This document shows positions 29,681 to 39,739 of a stretch of DNA of 64,000 nucleotides, piece after piece (within the stretch, counting starts at the first letter, position 1; each line of letters opens with the position of its first letter). The position numbers and the translations under genes were made by a program. The DNA comes from an uncultured Flavobacteriales bacterium (GTDB lineage Bacteria > Bacteroidota > Bacteroidia > CAIKAF01), in contig CAILUT010000011.1 of NCBI GenBank assembly GCA_903837495.1, forward strand, positions 1,946 through 65,945. The letters run 5' to 3'. The notes under the pieces were generated by a model that was not told the origin of the DNA, ran no database searches, and saw only the letters and a list, made by a program, of their open reading frames with translations.

Positions 29681-30697
29681 TCACGGTTCTGTTACGCTTT
29701 TAAACCAAAGCAGGCGTAGGGCCCATTCTAGCATTAGGAAAAGGGCGGCTAAAGCCACAACAGGCCAAAACAGGTCGGGCCTAACATAAAACTCTTTGTC
29801 TTGAATCAAGGTTTTTTCTAAGGTATCGATTTCTTCAAAGATGGTTTTTAGAGACTGCTCGTTTTCGGCCCGGTAGTAATTTCCTCCGGTTTGGGCGGCA
29901 ATGTCTTTGAGCAGAACTTCGTCTATCTCGACCGGAGCCATTCCAAAAACCAAAGACCCATTGGGATTCATGGCAACGGGCGACAAGGCACTGCCTTTTT
30001 TTCCGACGCCTATGGTATAGACTCGAACTCCAAAGGTTTTGGCAATTTCGGCGGCGGTGGCGGGCGTGATGTTTCCGCTGTTGTTCACTCCGTCGGTCAG
30101 CAAAATCACCACCTTGCTGGTAGATTCAGAATCTTTGAGTCGAGCCACTGCGGTTCCTAAGCCGGCGCCGATGGCAGTACCATCGACCAACATGCCGGTT
30201 TCAATTTTCGACAAAAGAATTTGAAGTACTTGATGGTCAAGGGTGGCCGGGCATTGGGTAAAGCTTTCGCCCGAAAAAATCACCAAGCCAATGCGGTCGC
30301 TCGGCCGGCCTTCAATAAACTCAGCGGCAATTTTTTTTGAGACGCCCAAGCGGTCGGGCGAAAAGTCTTTGGCCTTCATCGAGATAGAAATGTCCAAAGC
30401 CAGTTGAATGTCCACAATTTCTCGGTTCACCTCGGTCATGCCTATGTGGCCTCGTGGTCGGGCCAGTGCCACAACAATCAAGATTAAGGCTAGCGCCCTA
30501 AAGAAATTGGGCAACCAACGCAGGCGTTGCCGCAAAGAGATGGGGTACTTTACCGTTGGGTCAGGCAACACAGGGTGCAGCCAGCCCTTTCCTTCTTTTT
30601 TATTTTTACGCTGCCGAAGCCAAGCCAGCAAACCCACCAAAGGTATTAAAGCAAAGACCCAGGGATAATCGAATTGGATGTTTAACAGGTCATTCAT
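29681..30697 (-). CDS. batA: BatA (von Willebrand factor A domain membrane protein)
   Basis: 338 aa. VWA MIDAS motif in LALDISISMKAKD. TM helices at both ends. 4-nt overlap with batB. Confidence 0.8.
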   Translation of the reverse strand: MNDLLNIQFDYPWVFALIPLVGLLAWLRQRKNKKEGKGWLHPVLPDPTVKYPISLRQRLRWLPNFFRALALILIVVALARPRGHIGMTEVNREIVDIQLALDISISMKAKDFSPDRLGVSKKIAAEFIEGRPSDRIGLVIFSGESFTQCPATLDHQVLQILLSKIETGMLVDGTAIGAGLGTAVARLKDSESTSKVVILLTDGVNNSGNITPATAAEIAKTFGVRVYTIGVGKKGSALSPVAMNPNGSLVFGMAPVEIDEVLLKDIAAQTGGNYYRAENEQSLKTIFEEIDTLEKTLIQDKEFYVRPDLFWPVVALAALFLMLEWALRLLWFKSVTEP

Positions 30698-31616
30698 TCG
30701 AATTCGATGTTAAGGGTTTAAAATGCGCGCGGCAGGCCTCAACAAAAGCTAGGGCGGCATCGATCAATTGTTGGTGTTCGGCATGCCCGGGTTGTTGTTT
30801 GGCGAATTTCACCAAATCGGCGATGTGCAGCACATACTTTAGTTCCCGGCCTGTATTTTCTTCCTCAGGCCGGCGTTTCCATAAAGCCAACCATTCTGAG
30901 CTGGTCATTTCAGATACATCTAGCTTATAAACCTGATTCACCATTTGACGCAGTACATCCACCGTTCGGGTGTAAAACTCTTTGATTTGTTCCTCTGACA
31001 TATTGGCTTGCTCGGCCTTGAGTTGCAGCAATGCGGCTATAGCAAAGTCAAAGGGATCTATTTTTGGAGCGGCGGGCATGGGTTTGGCTGGTTTTCGTTT
31101 TTTGAAAACAAACCAAACCAACCAGGCCAAAAAGGCCAGAGCAACAAGCAGGGCAATCCAAGGCAAAAATTCATGCCAATGGTAACCTGGGTCGGGATTG
31201 GCCAAAATATCTTGAAAATCGGCTTGTAGATTCACATCGGGGGCCAGTATTTCAATGGGGCTGCTCGGAATTCGAACGTTTAGGGTATCGGCTCCGTTTA
31301 AAAAGCCCAGGGTGATTTCAGGAATTTGAGCGGTTCCAGAATCATACCCCACCACTTTCAGGCGCAGACCAAAACGAAGTTGAGCTGAATCCAACCAATT
31401 TACCTGAAGCAATTCAAAGGGGCCTAGGCTGTCGGTCAATTCAGGCCAAACCATAGAAGCCGTTGGTTTGGGCTCAGGCAGCAGCAAATCCAGGGAAAAG
31501 GGTTCGCCCAGCAAAACTGTATCTTTTTCGGCCTTCCATTTCAGGCCAAAGGAAACTTGAGCTTGGGCATAGCAGGTACCAATAAGTAAAAGGAAGAAAG
31601 CCAAACCTTGTTTCAT
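30690..31616 (-). CDS. DUF4381-type membrane protein of the Bat operon
   Basis: 308 aa. Signal peptide, one central TM helix (WIALLVALAFLAWLVWFVF). It is the conserved third gene of the moxR-DUF58-X-batA… operons. Confidence 0.55.
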   Translation of the reverse strand: MKQGLAFFLLLIGTCYAQAQVSFGLKWKAEKDTVLLGEPFSLDLLLPEPKPTASMVWPELTDSLGPFELLQVNWLDSAQLRFGLRLKVVGYDSGTAQIPEITLGFLNGADTLNVRIPSSPIEILAPDVNLQADFQDILANPDPGYHWHEFLPWIALLVALAFLAWLVWFVFKKRKPAKPMPAAPKIDPFDFAIAALLQLKAEQANMSEEQIKEFYTRTVDVLRQMVNQVYKLDVSEMTSSEWLALWKRRPEEENTGRELKYVLHIADLVKFAKQQPGHAEHQQLIDAALAFVEACRAHFKPLTSNSNE

Positions 31617-32512
31617 CTGCGTATGCCTCTAGATTTAAACAACTGATTCAAGGGCCTACTCACATCGGCATCCGACCGAAATTCGGCTAAATCGACTCCA
31701 TACCGTTGTGCGGCCAATTTCAACTTTTTTTGTTGGTGTTGCCAGGTATCTTGCCAGTGCAGCCGAACGCTTTTTTTATGGGTATCTAGCCAAAAAGAAT
31801 CCCCCGATTCTGGGTCTTTTAATCGGATTAAGCCGGCATCTGGGAGTTGGCAAAGAAGGGGGTCTGAAATACGCATCAGCAGCAAATCGTGTTTTCTTGA
31901 TGCGATTTTTAAGGCATCGGAAAAAGAGGGTTCAATAAAATCGCTGAGGCAAAATACGGTCGATCTTTTTCGCAATACCCGGCCTAGGTATTCCATGGCA
32001 AGGCCGGTTCTGGTTCCAGAATGTTCCGGAACGCAAGCCAAGAAGTCCCGTAAAATCCGCAAAAAATGGGAGCGGCCTTTTCGAGGTGGAATAAATTGTT
32101 CAACTTTAGAGGAATAAAAGACAGCCCCAATTTTATCGTTGTTTTGAACGGCAGAAAATCCAACGATGGCCGCAATTTCGGCGGCCAACTCGCGCAGAGA
32201 GCGGTGGTGGGCACCAAAACCAGACGAGGCACTCACGTCCAACATCAGCATCACGCTCAATTCCCGCTCTTCCTCAAATACCTTAACAAAAGGTTCGTTG
32301 AAGCGTGCCGTTACATTCCAGTCAATAAACCGAACGTCGTCACCGTATTGGTAATTGCGCACCTCGGCAAACGACATGCCACGGCCTTTAAAGGCGGCGT
32401 GGTATTGCCCCGCGAACAGTTGATTGCTCAGACCACGGGCTTTGATTTCAAGCCTACGTACCTTTTTTAAAAGGTCTCTTAACTCATCTGGACTGTTTGT
32501 ATTTGATTCCAT
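31613..32512 (-). CDS. DUF58 (VWA-like, MoxR-associated) protein
   Basis: 299 aa. The FAEVRNYQYGDDVRFIDWNVTAR segment is typical of DUF58. Located directly downstream of moxR. Confidence 0.8.
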   Translation of the reverse strand: MESNTNSPDELRDLLKKVRRLEIKARGLSNQLFAGQYHAAFKGRGMSFAEVRNYQYGDDVRFIDWNVTARFNEPFVKVFEEERELSVMLMLDVSASSGFGAHHRSLRELAAEIAAIVGFSAVQNNDKIGAVFYSSKVEQFIPPRKGRSHFLRILRDFLACVPEHSGTRTGLAMEYLGRVLRKRSTVFCLSDFIEPSFSDALKIASRKHDLLLMRISDPLLCQLPDAGLIRLKDPESGDSFWLDTHKKSVRLHWQDTWQHQQKKLKLAAQRYGVDLAEFRSDADVSRPLNQLFKSRGIRR

Positions 32513-32535
32513 CTTTCCCTGAATTCCAGGAAACC

Positions 32536-33519
32536 TTAGGGTACCAATACTTTATTCAACAGAGAATCGACCACGTCGTCGCTGCTCATTTCTTCGGCTT
32601 CGGCTTCGTAGGTTAGCCCTATTCGGTGCCGCAACACGTCTTTGGCAATGGCCCGAACATCCTCAGGAATCACATAGCCCCTACCCTGCAAAAAGGCATA
32701 GGCTTTTGAGGCCAAGGCCAAGCTGATGGAAGCCCGGGGAGAAGCACCAAAAGAAATCAACTCCTTTAAACCTTGAATGCCGTTGCCTTGAGGATCGCGT
32801 GAGGCATGAACCAAGTCCACAATGTACCGTTCTATTTTCTCGTCCATATACAAGCTCCGAACAACAGTACGGGCATGCATAATTTGGTCTTTATGCACAA
32901 CCACATTCACCCTTGGGAACTCCTGAAGCATATTTAGGCGAATAATGTCGAGTTCTTCCGACTTTTGCGGGTAATCCATGACCACCTTAAGCAAAAACCG
33001 GTCGGATTGAGCTTCAGGCAAAGGATACGTCCCCTCCTGCTCAACCGGGTTTTGGGTTGCCATTACTAAAAAAGGATCTGGCAGGGCGAAGGTTTGGTCG
33101 CCAATGGTAACCTGTCTTTCTTGCATGGCTTCCAACAAGGCACTTTGAACCTTAGCCGGTGCCCGGTTGATTTCATCGGCCAAAACGAAATTGGAAAAAA
33201 CAGGGCCTTTTTTAACCGAAAATGACTCATTCTTAGGGTTGTAAATCACCGTTCCAACCACATCGGCAGGCAGCAAGTCGGGAGTAAACTGAATCCGACT
33301 AAAACTTACATCCACTACCTGTGCCAAGGTTTTTATGGCCAAGGTTTTTGCTAGGCCGGGAACGCCCTCCAGCAATATATGCCCATTGCACAAAAGCCCA
33401 ATAAGCAAGCGGTCGGTCATATACCGTTGCCCTATAATTACCTTGTCCATTTCCAACCGAACGGCCGAAACAAAAGCCGATTCTTCAGCAATCTTCTGAT
33501 TTAATGCTTGTATATCCAT
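32536..33519 (-). CDS. moxR: MoxR-family AAA+ ATPase
   Basis: 327 aa. Walker A GVPGLAKT. Walker B LLADEINRA. C-terminal lid typical of the MoxR/RavA subfamily. Confidence 0.9.
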   Translation of the reverse strand: MDIQALNQKIAEESAFVSAVRLEMDKVIIGQRYMTDRLLIGLLCNGHILLEGVPGLAKTLAIKTLAQVVDVSFSRIQFTPDLLPADVVGTVIYNPKNESFSVKKGPVFSNFVLADEINRAPAKVQSALLEAMQERQVTIGDQTFALPDPFLVMATQNPVEQEGTYPLPEAQSDRFLLKVVMDYPQKSEELDIIRLNMLQEFPRVNVVVHKDQIMHARTVVRSLYMDEKIERYIVDLVHASRDPQGNGIQGLKELISFGASPRASISLALASKAYAFLQGRGYVIPEDVRAIAKDVLRHRIGLTYEAEAEEMSSDDVVDSLLNKVLVP

Positions 33520-33672
33520 GTTGCATTTGTTTAAGTTCTTGAAGCTTCAACGTACATTTGAACCGAAATCCATGAACTCAAAACAAAAATAGGGTTTTTG
33601 CTCAGCCTTTCAATCGTTTCGCTGCACATCAATCCGGTTAAAAGTTGTTAATCAATCCTCTATGCATCGAAT

Positions 33673-34962
33673 ATGAAATCGAAAACCAAGGTGTACCTGC
33701 TTTCAATTGGAGATGAATTGCTCATTGGCCAAGTAATCAATACCAACGTTGCTTGGCTTTCCACAAAATTAAACGAAATTGGACTTAAGGTAGAGGAACA
33801 ACGAACCATTGCCGACCGACCCGACAGCATTGGTTCAACCTTAAAGGAATGGATGCAACCCGGACATGTTGTAATTTGCACCGGGGGCTTAGGACCCACC
33901 GGAGACGACATTACTAAAAACACCCTAAGGCAGTTTTTTCAAGACGAATGGAGAACCGATGAAGGTGTTTTGAGCGTTTTAGAAGGATTTATGAAAGCCC
34001 GAGGCAGAACCCTAGACCAGATCAACAAGGGGCAGGCTGAATTGCCAAAGTCCTGCAAAACCTGGCTAAACCACATTGGAACAGCCCCCGGAATGTTGTT
34101 CGATACCCCAAAAGGCATTCTAATTAGTTTGCCCGGCGTTCCACGCGAAATGGGCTACCTAATGGAACAGTACGGCCTGGATTTTCTAAAAACGCGCTTT
34201 CGCTTGTCGCCCATTCGCCACTTGACGTTCCACACCGAAGGCATTCCCGAATCGCAACTCATGGTGTATTTGCGCGACTGGGAATTGCAGTTGCCCAAAA
34301 CGCTTTCCTTGGCGTATTTGCCAAAAGCCGGCCGAGTGCGCCTGCGTTTGTCTCAGCTAAATCCCAAGCAAAACAACGTTGATTTGTTTGAATTGCAGGC
34401 AGCCCAATTGCACAAATTGTTGGGCGTTGAGTGCATTGGAACAGGCGAGCAGGACTTGCCTGTGGCTGTTTTGCAGGAATTAATCGAAACGAAGACCACG
34501 CTTGCCACGGCAGAAAGCTGCACAGGCGGCAAAATTGCAAGTCTAATGACCGCGGTTCCCGGTGCTTCTGCGGCCTTTATGGGGGGAATGGTTGCCTACG
34601 ATAATTCTGTAAAAATCAGGACTTTAGGGGTTCGTCCGGAGGACATAGAGCAGCATGGTGCGGTGAGTTCGGTGGTGGTTGAATCTATGGCCAGAGGCAT
34701 TCGGAATTTAACCGGAGCCGATTACGGCATTGGCACTTCTGGAGTCGCCGGGCCCGGGGGCGGAACCCCTGAAAAGCCAGTGGGTTTAATTTGGGTGGGA
34801 ATTTCAGGCCCTGAGGGCACCTATTCCCGGGCATTCAAAATGGCTGCCGACCGCTCAGGCAACATCGAGCGCAGCTCATTTGCCGCATTAAATCTATTCC
34901 GAAAAACCCTGTTGAACAACTGGACCTTGCCCGAACCTACCTTCTGGGCCTTCTCACATTGA
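33673..34962 (+). CDS. cinA: competence/damage-inducible protein CinA (MoaB/MogA-like N-domain plus CinA C-domain)
   Basis: 429 aa. The N-terminus VYLLSIGDELLIGQVINTN is the canonical CinA start. A C-terminal CinA domain with ATAESCTGG is present. Confidence 0.85.
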   Translation: MKSKTKVYLLSIGDELLIGQVINTNVAWLSTKLNEIGLKVEEQRTIADRPDSIGSTLKEWMQPGHVVICTGGLGPTGDDITKNTLRQFFQDEWRTDEGVLSVLEGFMKARGRTLDQINKGQAELPKSCKTWLNHIGTAPGMLFDTPKGILISLPGVPREMGYLMEQYGLDFLKTRFRLSPIRHLTFHTEGIPESQLMVYLRDWELQLPKTLSLAYLPKAGRVRLRLSQLNPKQNNVDLFELQAAQLHKLLGVECIGTGEQDLPVAVLQELIETKTTLATAESCTGGKIASLMTAVPGASAAFMGGMVAYDNSVKIRTLGVRPEDIEQHGAVSSVVVESMARGIRNLTGADYGIGTSGVAGPGGGTPEKPVGLIWVGISGPEGTYSRAFKMAADRSGNIERSSFAALNLFRKTLLNNWTLPEPTFWAFSH

Positions 34963-34963
34963 T

Positions 34964-35125
34964 GGATTTTTGGGGCGGGTTTCGGGCTTTCTCCGGTAGT
35001 CCGCAGCTAAAAGGCTCAGCAACTGTGGCTTTGCGGTGGCTCCTAAAGTCGCCTCCGCAGCTCACGTTGCTGTAGCCGTTTAGCTTTGCGGGCTACTCGG
35101 TTCAATCCCGCCCGCAGACTCAAAA
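34964..35125 (-). repeat. GC-rich intergenic repeat element, copy D (reverse orientation)
   Basis: Its reverse complement reads GCGGGCGGGATTGAACCGAGTAGCCCGC … GCGGAGGCGACTTTAGGAGCCACCGCAAAGCC … GGAGAAAGCCCGAAACCCGCCCCAAAAA. It matches copy C almost block-for-block. Confidence 0.85.
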
Positions 35126-35179
35126 AATGGAGGTCAAACAAACAATAAAACCAGACCTTGACCTAAGGGCCAACCGGAT

Positions 35180-37444
35180 TTATTGAATCATCAATCGACG
35201 TACTTGGCTTTGACCGTTTACAACGGCTTTAACCAGATACATGCCGCTTTCGCCAAAGGCAGAACGTTGAAGTGTAAGGGTGTTTGAGCCCTGGGTTAAG
35301 GCCTGGGTAGATTCAACATGAATCAAACGTCCAGCTAAGTCAAACACCTCGATGTTGCTTCCAATGGAGGCCGATTCGTCCAATTGAATCTGCACATTTC
35401 CAGAGGAAGGGTTCGGGTGCATTTTAAAACCCGTTGGCAAAGGCTGTTCTGCAATAGCGGTTGTGGCATCGGAAATGGTAAAATCATCGATGTACAGGGG
35501 ATTTCCATAAGGGCCACCGCTGGTAAAATGAAACATAATGCGGACGTTGTCGCGGCTGCTAAAGTTGGCCAAATCAACCGTGAAATAAGACCATTCGTCG
35601 GGAGAAGAAGGCACAAAGTTTGAGGGGACCAAACCGGCTGTTACCAAATTGGTACCTGCCAAAGCGGTTAAAGAATTGCCCTCATTGCGCAATTTCATGC
35701 CCCGCAGCTGCCAAGATTCACCGCAGTTGGTTGACACGTACATTTGAAGTTGGTCGTTTTGCTCGATAAAGGGTTGGTTGGTGCGTTGAGAATAGGCGTA
35801 TTTCACCTCCAACAGCGGATTGTCCACTGTGGTTAAATCGTACGAAGGCGAAACCATGAAAAAGCGTTCGTACCGCAAAGATCCGCTGGAATTGCAACGG
35901 GCTGCGCCATAGCTTTTGTACCCGCCGTAGTTTACTTTTTCCCAGCCGTTTGCAGCATTCGCTCCTTCGTTGATGCTCACCCATTTGCCATCGGCAAAAA
36001 AGCTGTAGCCTGGCCCTGCCTCCATGGCATCGTAGTAGCGGTAGTTGTTGTCCATGGCTTGGTCGGATGAAACCAAAACATATCCTTGACGGGTTCTTGA
36101 ATCGCTTCCGTTGGCGTTGGTAGCGGTTAATTTTACATCGTACCTGCCGGGCACATCGTATTGAACCAAGGGCTCTGGGTCCGTAGAAGTTGCAGTTGCG
36201 GCTCCGGAAAGGTCCCAAGCATAAGAATTGCTGGCAGTACTGCCGTTGTGGGTTCCGTTTTTCATGTTTAGGGAACCTCCTTCGCAAATCATTTTTAGGG
36301 ATTCAAAGTTGTTGCTTCCTTGTTTTGACCAAAATTCGGCGATGGGTGCCGGTGCACAGGGGCTTGCCTGAGAAGCATCGTCGGTGCCGGTGGCCAGGGC
36401 ATTGGCGTTGGCAATAATATTGCTGCGGAAAGAAATGGTATTAAACACAAAATCCATGACTTGTTTTTGACCTTTGGAGAACATATTCATGCAATTGTCG
36501 TCGGTGTAATCCATGTAATTGTTGAACATTTCACCAATTTGAAAGCGGGCGATGGTATCGGCAGCGGTGCTATTGGAGGTCAATTCGAGGCAGGTGGCCT
36601 CTTTGGGAAAATTGAAGCAGCCAAAATTGGGTTCACGAGAAAACGGGGTATCGTCCACTTGGTCGTTTCCGCAATCGTCGTCGCCCCAGATGTGAATCAA
36701 TCCCAACCAATGTCCAACTTCGTGCGTCATGGTGCGGCCGGCGGTTCCGGCGGCCGTACCGGTTTTGCCGGTGCGGTTGTGAATCATCGCAATTCCGTCG
36801 GTAGTGGTAACGGGGTTAAAGCCACCAAAAGAATAAGGGAACTGCGCGTAACCTAAGATGTTGCCAAAAGGGTTGCCATCGTTGTCGATGGTTTTTACCA
36901 CCCAAATGTTTAGGTATTTGGCCCGGTCCCAATAACTCAATTGCTTGAAACCTGTGTAATCGCGGGCTGTATTGGTTTTATACGAAAACACCCGGTTGAT
37001 GCCGTCGGTGCAAGCTCCGTTGGGCGCTTTGGTGGCCAAACGAAACTCGATGTTGGCATCGGCAGCAATGCTGTCGAAGTATGGGGGAATAACAACCTTG
37101 TCGGCATTGGTGTAGGTGAAATCCAAATTAACCGAAGCCAATTGACTTAAAATTTGAGCGGTTGAAATGTTTTCGGAACCGCCCTCATGAATGACGTGAA
37201 CCACAACAGGAATGATGCGTTTTCCGTTCTCGGATGTTTCAAATTGACCCAGATTAAGGGACTTAAATTCCTTAAAATCTTCCACGAACTTGACATATCC
37301 ATCCCAAAAATCCGGATGTTGTTTGGCATAATCGGACAAGTGGCTGCCGCATTGAACGTGTTGATGCTGAGCCTGTAGCCCGGAAATTCCAGATACATAA
37401 ACCCCAAGTACAATGCTCAATGATGTGATTAAGAAGTGCTTCAT
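35180..37444 (-). CDS. secreted zinc metalloprotease, M43 (pappalysin/cytophagalysin-like) family with T9SS C-terminal sorting domain (paralog of 10713-12806)
   Basis: Start taken at MKHFLITSLSIVLGVYVSG (37444). Shares the N-terminal block IPVVVHVIH…, and has the metzincin motif HEVGHWLGLIHIWGDDDC (HExxHxxGxxH). The C-terminus FKMHPNPSSGNVQIQL…MYLVKAVVNGQSQVRRLMIQ is T9SS-CTD-like. Confidence 0.8.
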   Translation of the reverse strand: MKHFLITSLSIVLGVYVSGISGLQAQHQHVQCGSHLSDYAKQHPDFWDGYVKFVEDFKEFKSLNLGQFETSENGKRIIPVVVHVIHEGGSENISTAQILSQLASVNLDFTYTNADKVVIPPYFDSIAADANIEFRLATKAPNGACTDGINRVFSYKTNTARDYTGFKQLSYWDRAKYLNIWVVKTIDNDGNPFGNILGYAQFPYSFGGFNPVTTTDGIAMIHNRTGKTGTAAGTAGRTMTHEVGHWLGLIHIWGDDDCGNDQVDDTPFSREPNFGCFNFPKEATCLELTSNSTAADTIARFQIGEMFNNYMDYTDDNCMNMFSKGQKQVMDFVFNTISFRSNIIANANALATGTDDASQASPCAPAPIAEFWSKQGSNNFESLKMICEGGSLNMKNGTHNGSTASNSYAWDLSGAATATSTDPEPLVQYDVPGRYDVKLTATNANGSDSRTRQGYVLVSSDQAMDNNYRYYDAMEAGPGYSFFADGKWVSINEGANAANGWEKVNYGGYKSYGAARCNSSGSLRYERFFMVSPSYDLTTVDNPLLEVKYAYSQRTNQPFIEQNDQLQMYVSTNCGESWQLRGMKLRNEGNSLTALAGTNLVTAGLVPSNFVPSSPDEWSYFTVDLANFSSRDNVRIMFHFTSGGPYGNPLYIDDFTISDATTAIAEQPLPTGFKMHPNPSSGNVQIQLDESASIGSNIEVFDLAGRLIHVESTQALTQGSNTLTLQRSAFGESGMYLVKAVVNGQSQVRRLMIQ

Positions 37445-37610
37445 ATTCTGTTTCGTATGTACTGCAAATTTCGCAATTGGAAAGGGTAAAAGCAAATGTT
37501 AAGCGCCGATGAACATAGGGATATCAAAAAAAGGGGTTAATAAACCAAAAATGAAGGGGATTTATAGGCGGTTTAATGTTAATTTTGCCGCAAATTAATC
37601 CCAAAACAAC

Positions 37611-38615
37611 ATGAAAAAAATACGGGTTGCCATTAATGGATTTGGACGAATTGGACGCATTACATTCCGGGCATTGCTTACAAAACCTGAGATTGAGGTT
37701 GTGGCCATCAACGATTTAACGGGTGGCAGCACCCTGGCCCACCTCTTGAAATACGATTCCGTTCAGGGACGGTTCAACGGCGAGGTTGGTACTATAAATG
37801 GAAATTTGTTGGTGAATGGCACCGAAATTCGGATTACGGCCATTAGAAATCCGGCTGAACTTCCTTGGAAAGAAATGAATGTAGATGTTGTTTTGGAATG
37901 CACCGGATTGTTTTTGGATTCTGAGAGTGCTTCTAAGCATTTGGAGGCCGGCGCTGGGAAGGTGTTGCTTTCGGCACCGGCAAAGACTTCCGACATTAAA
38001 ATGGTGGTTTTGGGAGCCAACGAAGGGAGTCTAAGGGCCGATGACCGAATCATCTCCAATGCCTCATGCACCACCAATTGCGTTAGTCCTTTGGTAAAAA
38101 TAGTAGATGAGATTTGTGGCATTGAAAACGGTTTTATGAATACCATACATGCCTACACCTCAGACCAACGTTTGCAAGATGCACCCCACAGCGACCTTCG
38201 CCGTGCGCGTGCCGCCGCTCTTTCTTTGGTTCCAACCTCGACCGGAGCGGCCCGGGCCATTGGAAGAATTTTCCCTCACCTGAGCGGCAAACTAGACGGC
38301 ACCTCGGTGCGGGTTCCTACCCCCACGGGCAGTTTAACCGATATGTCGTTGATTGTTCGCAACCCGGTTGATGCAACCACCTTAAATCAGGCCTTTAAAA
38401 AAGCGGCTGAAACCGATTTGAAGGGCATTTTAGAGTATACCGAAGACCCCATTGTATCGATCGATATTGTAGGAAATCCGCATTCCTGCATTTTTGATTC
38501 TGAATTGACCTTTGTAAAAGACAGCTTGGTGAAGGTGTTTGGGTGGTACGACAACGAAGCGGGCTATTCAAACCGCCTTGCCGATTTGTGCCTTTTGGTG
38601 GGCAACCTGAAATAA
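37611..38615 (+). CDS. gap: glyceraldehyde-3-phosphate dehydrogenase
   Basis: 334 aa. N-terminus INGFGRIGR. Active-site ASCTTNC. Confidence 0.95.
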   Translation: MKKIRVAINGFGRIGRITFRALLTKPEIEVVAINDLTGGSTLAHLLKYDSVQGRFNGEVGTINGNLLVNGTEIRITAIRNPAELPWKEMNVDVVLECTGLFLDSESASKHLEAGAGKVLLSAPAKTSDIKMVVLGANEGSLRADDRIISNASCTTNCVSPLVKIVDEICGIENGFMNTIHAYTSDQRLQDAPHSDLRRARAAALSLVPTSTGAARAIGRIFPHLSGKLDGTSVRVPTPTGSLTDMSLIVRNPVDATTLNQAFKKAAETDLKGILEYTEDPIVSIDIVGNPHSCIFDSELTFVKDSLVKVFGWYDNEAGYSNRLADLCLLVGNLK

Positions 38616-38687
38616 AGCGGGCTTTTATTTAGACCGGGAGAAGCCGGCTGAACCCCATGCGGCAAGGCTTAATTAAAAGTAGGTTTT

Positions 38688-38845
38688 GCGGCAGGGATTG
38701 AAGCAGCTACCCCGCAAGGGGCTGGGCGGCAGCCAAAACAGCATCAAAAGAGCGACCTTGGGAGCTCCTTTTGCTGCTGTTTTGGCCCGGCTAGCACCGC
38801 GGAGTAGCGCTGAAAGCCCGTAGGCCGCCCCCATAAAAATCCGCT
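38688..38845 (+). repeat. GC-rich intergenic repeat element, copy E
   Basis: GCGGCAGGGATTGAAGCAGCTACCCCGC … AGAGCGACCTTGGGAGCTCC … GCTGAAAGCCCGTAGGCCGCCCCCATAAAAATCC. It abuts the yihY stop codon. Confidence 0.75.
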
Positions 38846-39739
38846 TTATTTGCCTTTTTTTCCGCGGGCTATACCGGCATCAACATCGAAGCCAATCAAC
38901 AAAGCCAGGGAGGCCAAGTATAAAAAAATCATGGCCATGGGAACTGCACCTACCACGCCGAACACCTGATTGTATTGAAAAAAGCGCTCAACATACACTC
39001 CGAAGGCCCAGGTAAACAGCAATAAAAACAAGGAAGAAATCCAGCTGCCTGCAGAAAAGAAACGCAAGCGAAGGGATTTGGCAGGGGCGATGCGAAACAA
39101 AGCCGCAACAAACAACCAAGTCATGCCCAAGCTGAACAGCCAACCCAGCTGACCGGAAAGCCAAGAAACGGTGCCCGACAAAAAGTCAATGGCCTGAAAT
39201 ATGGTAACAACCAAACCGAAAGCAAGGCTAGAAAGCAACATGACCAACACCGAAATTAGGCGTACTTGACCGGGCCTTCGGCCTTCAGAAATAAAGGCCG
39301 AAGCGTTGAAGGCCTGAATAAGACCTTTGACGCCTGCGGAAGAAAGCCAAAGTCCTGCCAGCAAGGTAAACCACAGGAATCCTTCGCGTTTTTTCAACAG
39401 TACATCGGCAATGATGGGGCCTACAAACTCGAACAAAGCGGGTGGAATGAGTTCTTTGCTAAACCGAAACCACTCATAACCCAACTGCCCACCGGGAAAA
39501 AAGGGGACTAGACTGACCAGAAAAATAAGGGTTGGAAAAAAAGCCAGCATGAGTTGAAATGCCACGGAAGATGCACGCAAGGACAGGCTGTTGCGTTGGG
39601 CTCCGACCAAAAAGTAGGTTGCGATGCGCCACAGGCTAACCCCACCAAAGCCTGGGGGCGAAAAGCGGTAAGCAGAACGCAGCAGGATGGCCAAATGGGT
39701 ATGTGCAAGAAAAAAACGGAAAAAACGGGTTGATTTCAT
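38846..39739 (-). CDS. YihY/BrkB family inner-membrane protein
   Basis: 297 aa, about 6 TM helices. N-terminal region …SLRASSVAFQLMLAFFP… is characteristic of YihY (formerly called ribonuclease BN). Confidence 0.7.
   Translation of the reverse strand: MKSTRFFRFFLAHTHLAILLRSAYRFSPPGFGGVSLWRIATYFLVGAQRNSLSLRASSVAFQLMLAFFPTLIFLVSLVPFFPGGQLGYEWFRFSKELIPPALFEFVGPIIADVLLKKREGFLWFTLLAGLWLSSAGVKGLIQAFNASAFISEGRRPGQVRLISVLVMLLSSLAFGLVVTIFQAIDFLSGTVSWLSGQLGWLFSLGMTWLFVAALFRIAPAKSLRLRFFSAGSWISSLFLLLFTWAFGVYVERFFQYNQVFGVVGAVPMAMIFLYLASLALLIGFDVDAGIARGKKGK

Noticed and set aside
33553-33560. TAcaTTTG box on the plus strand 113 nt upstream of cinA as its promoter
   Set aside because: The distance to the ATG is long. 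The same intergenic region must also hold the minus-strand moxR promoter (the TAttTTTG at 33584-33591 is better placed), so the plus-strand assignment is too uncertain.
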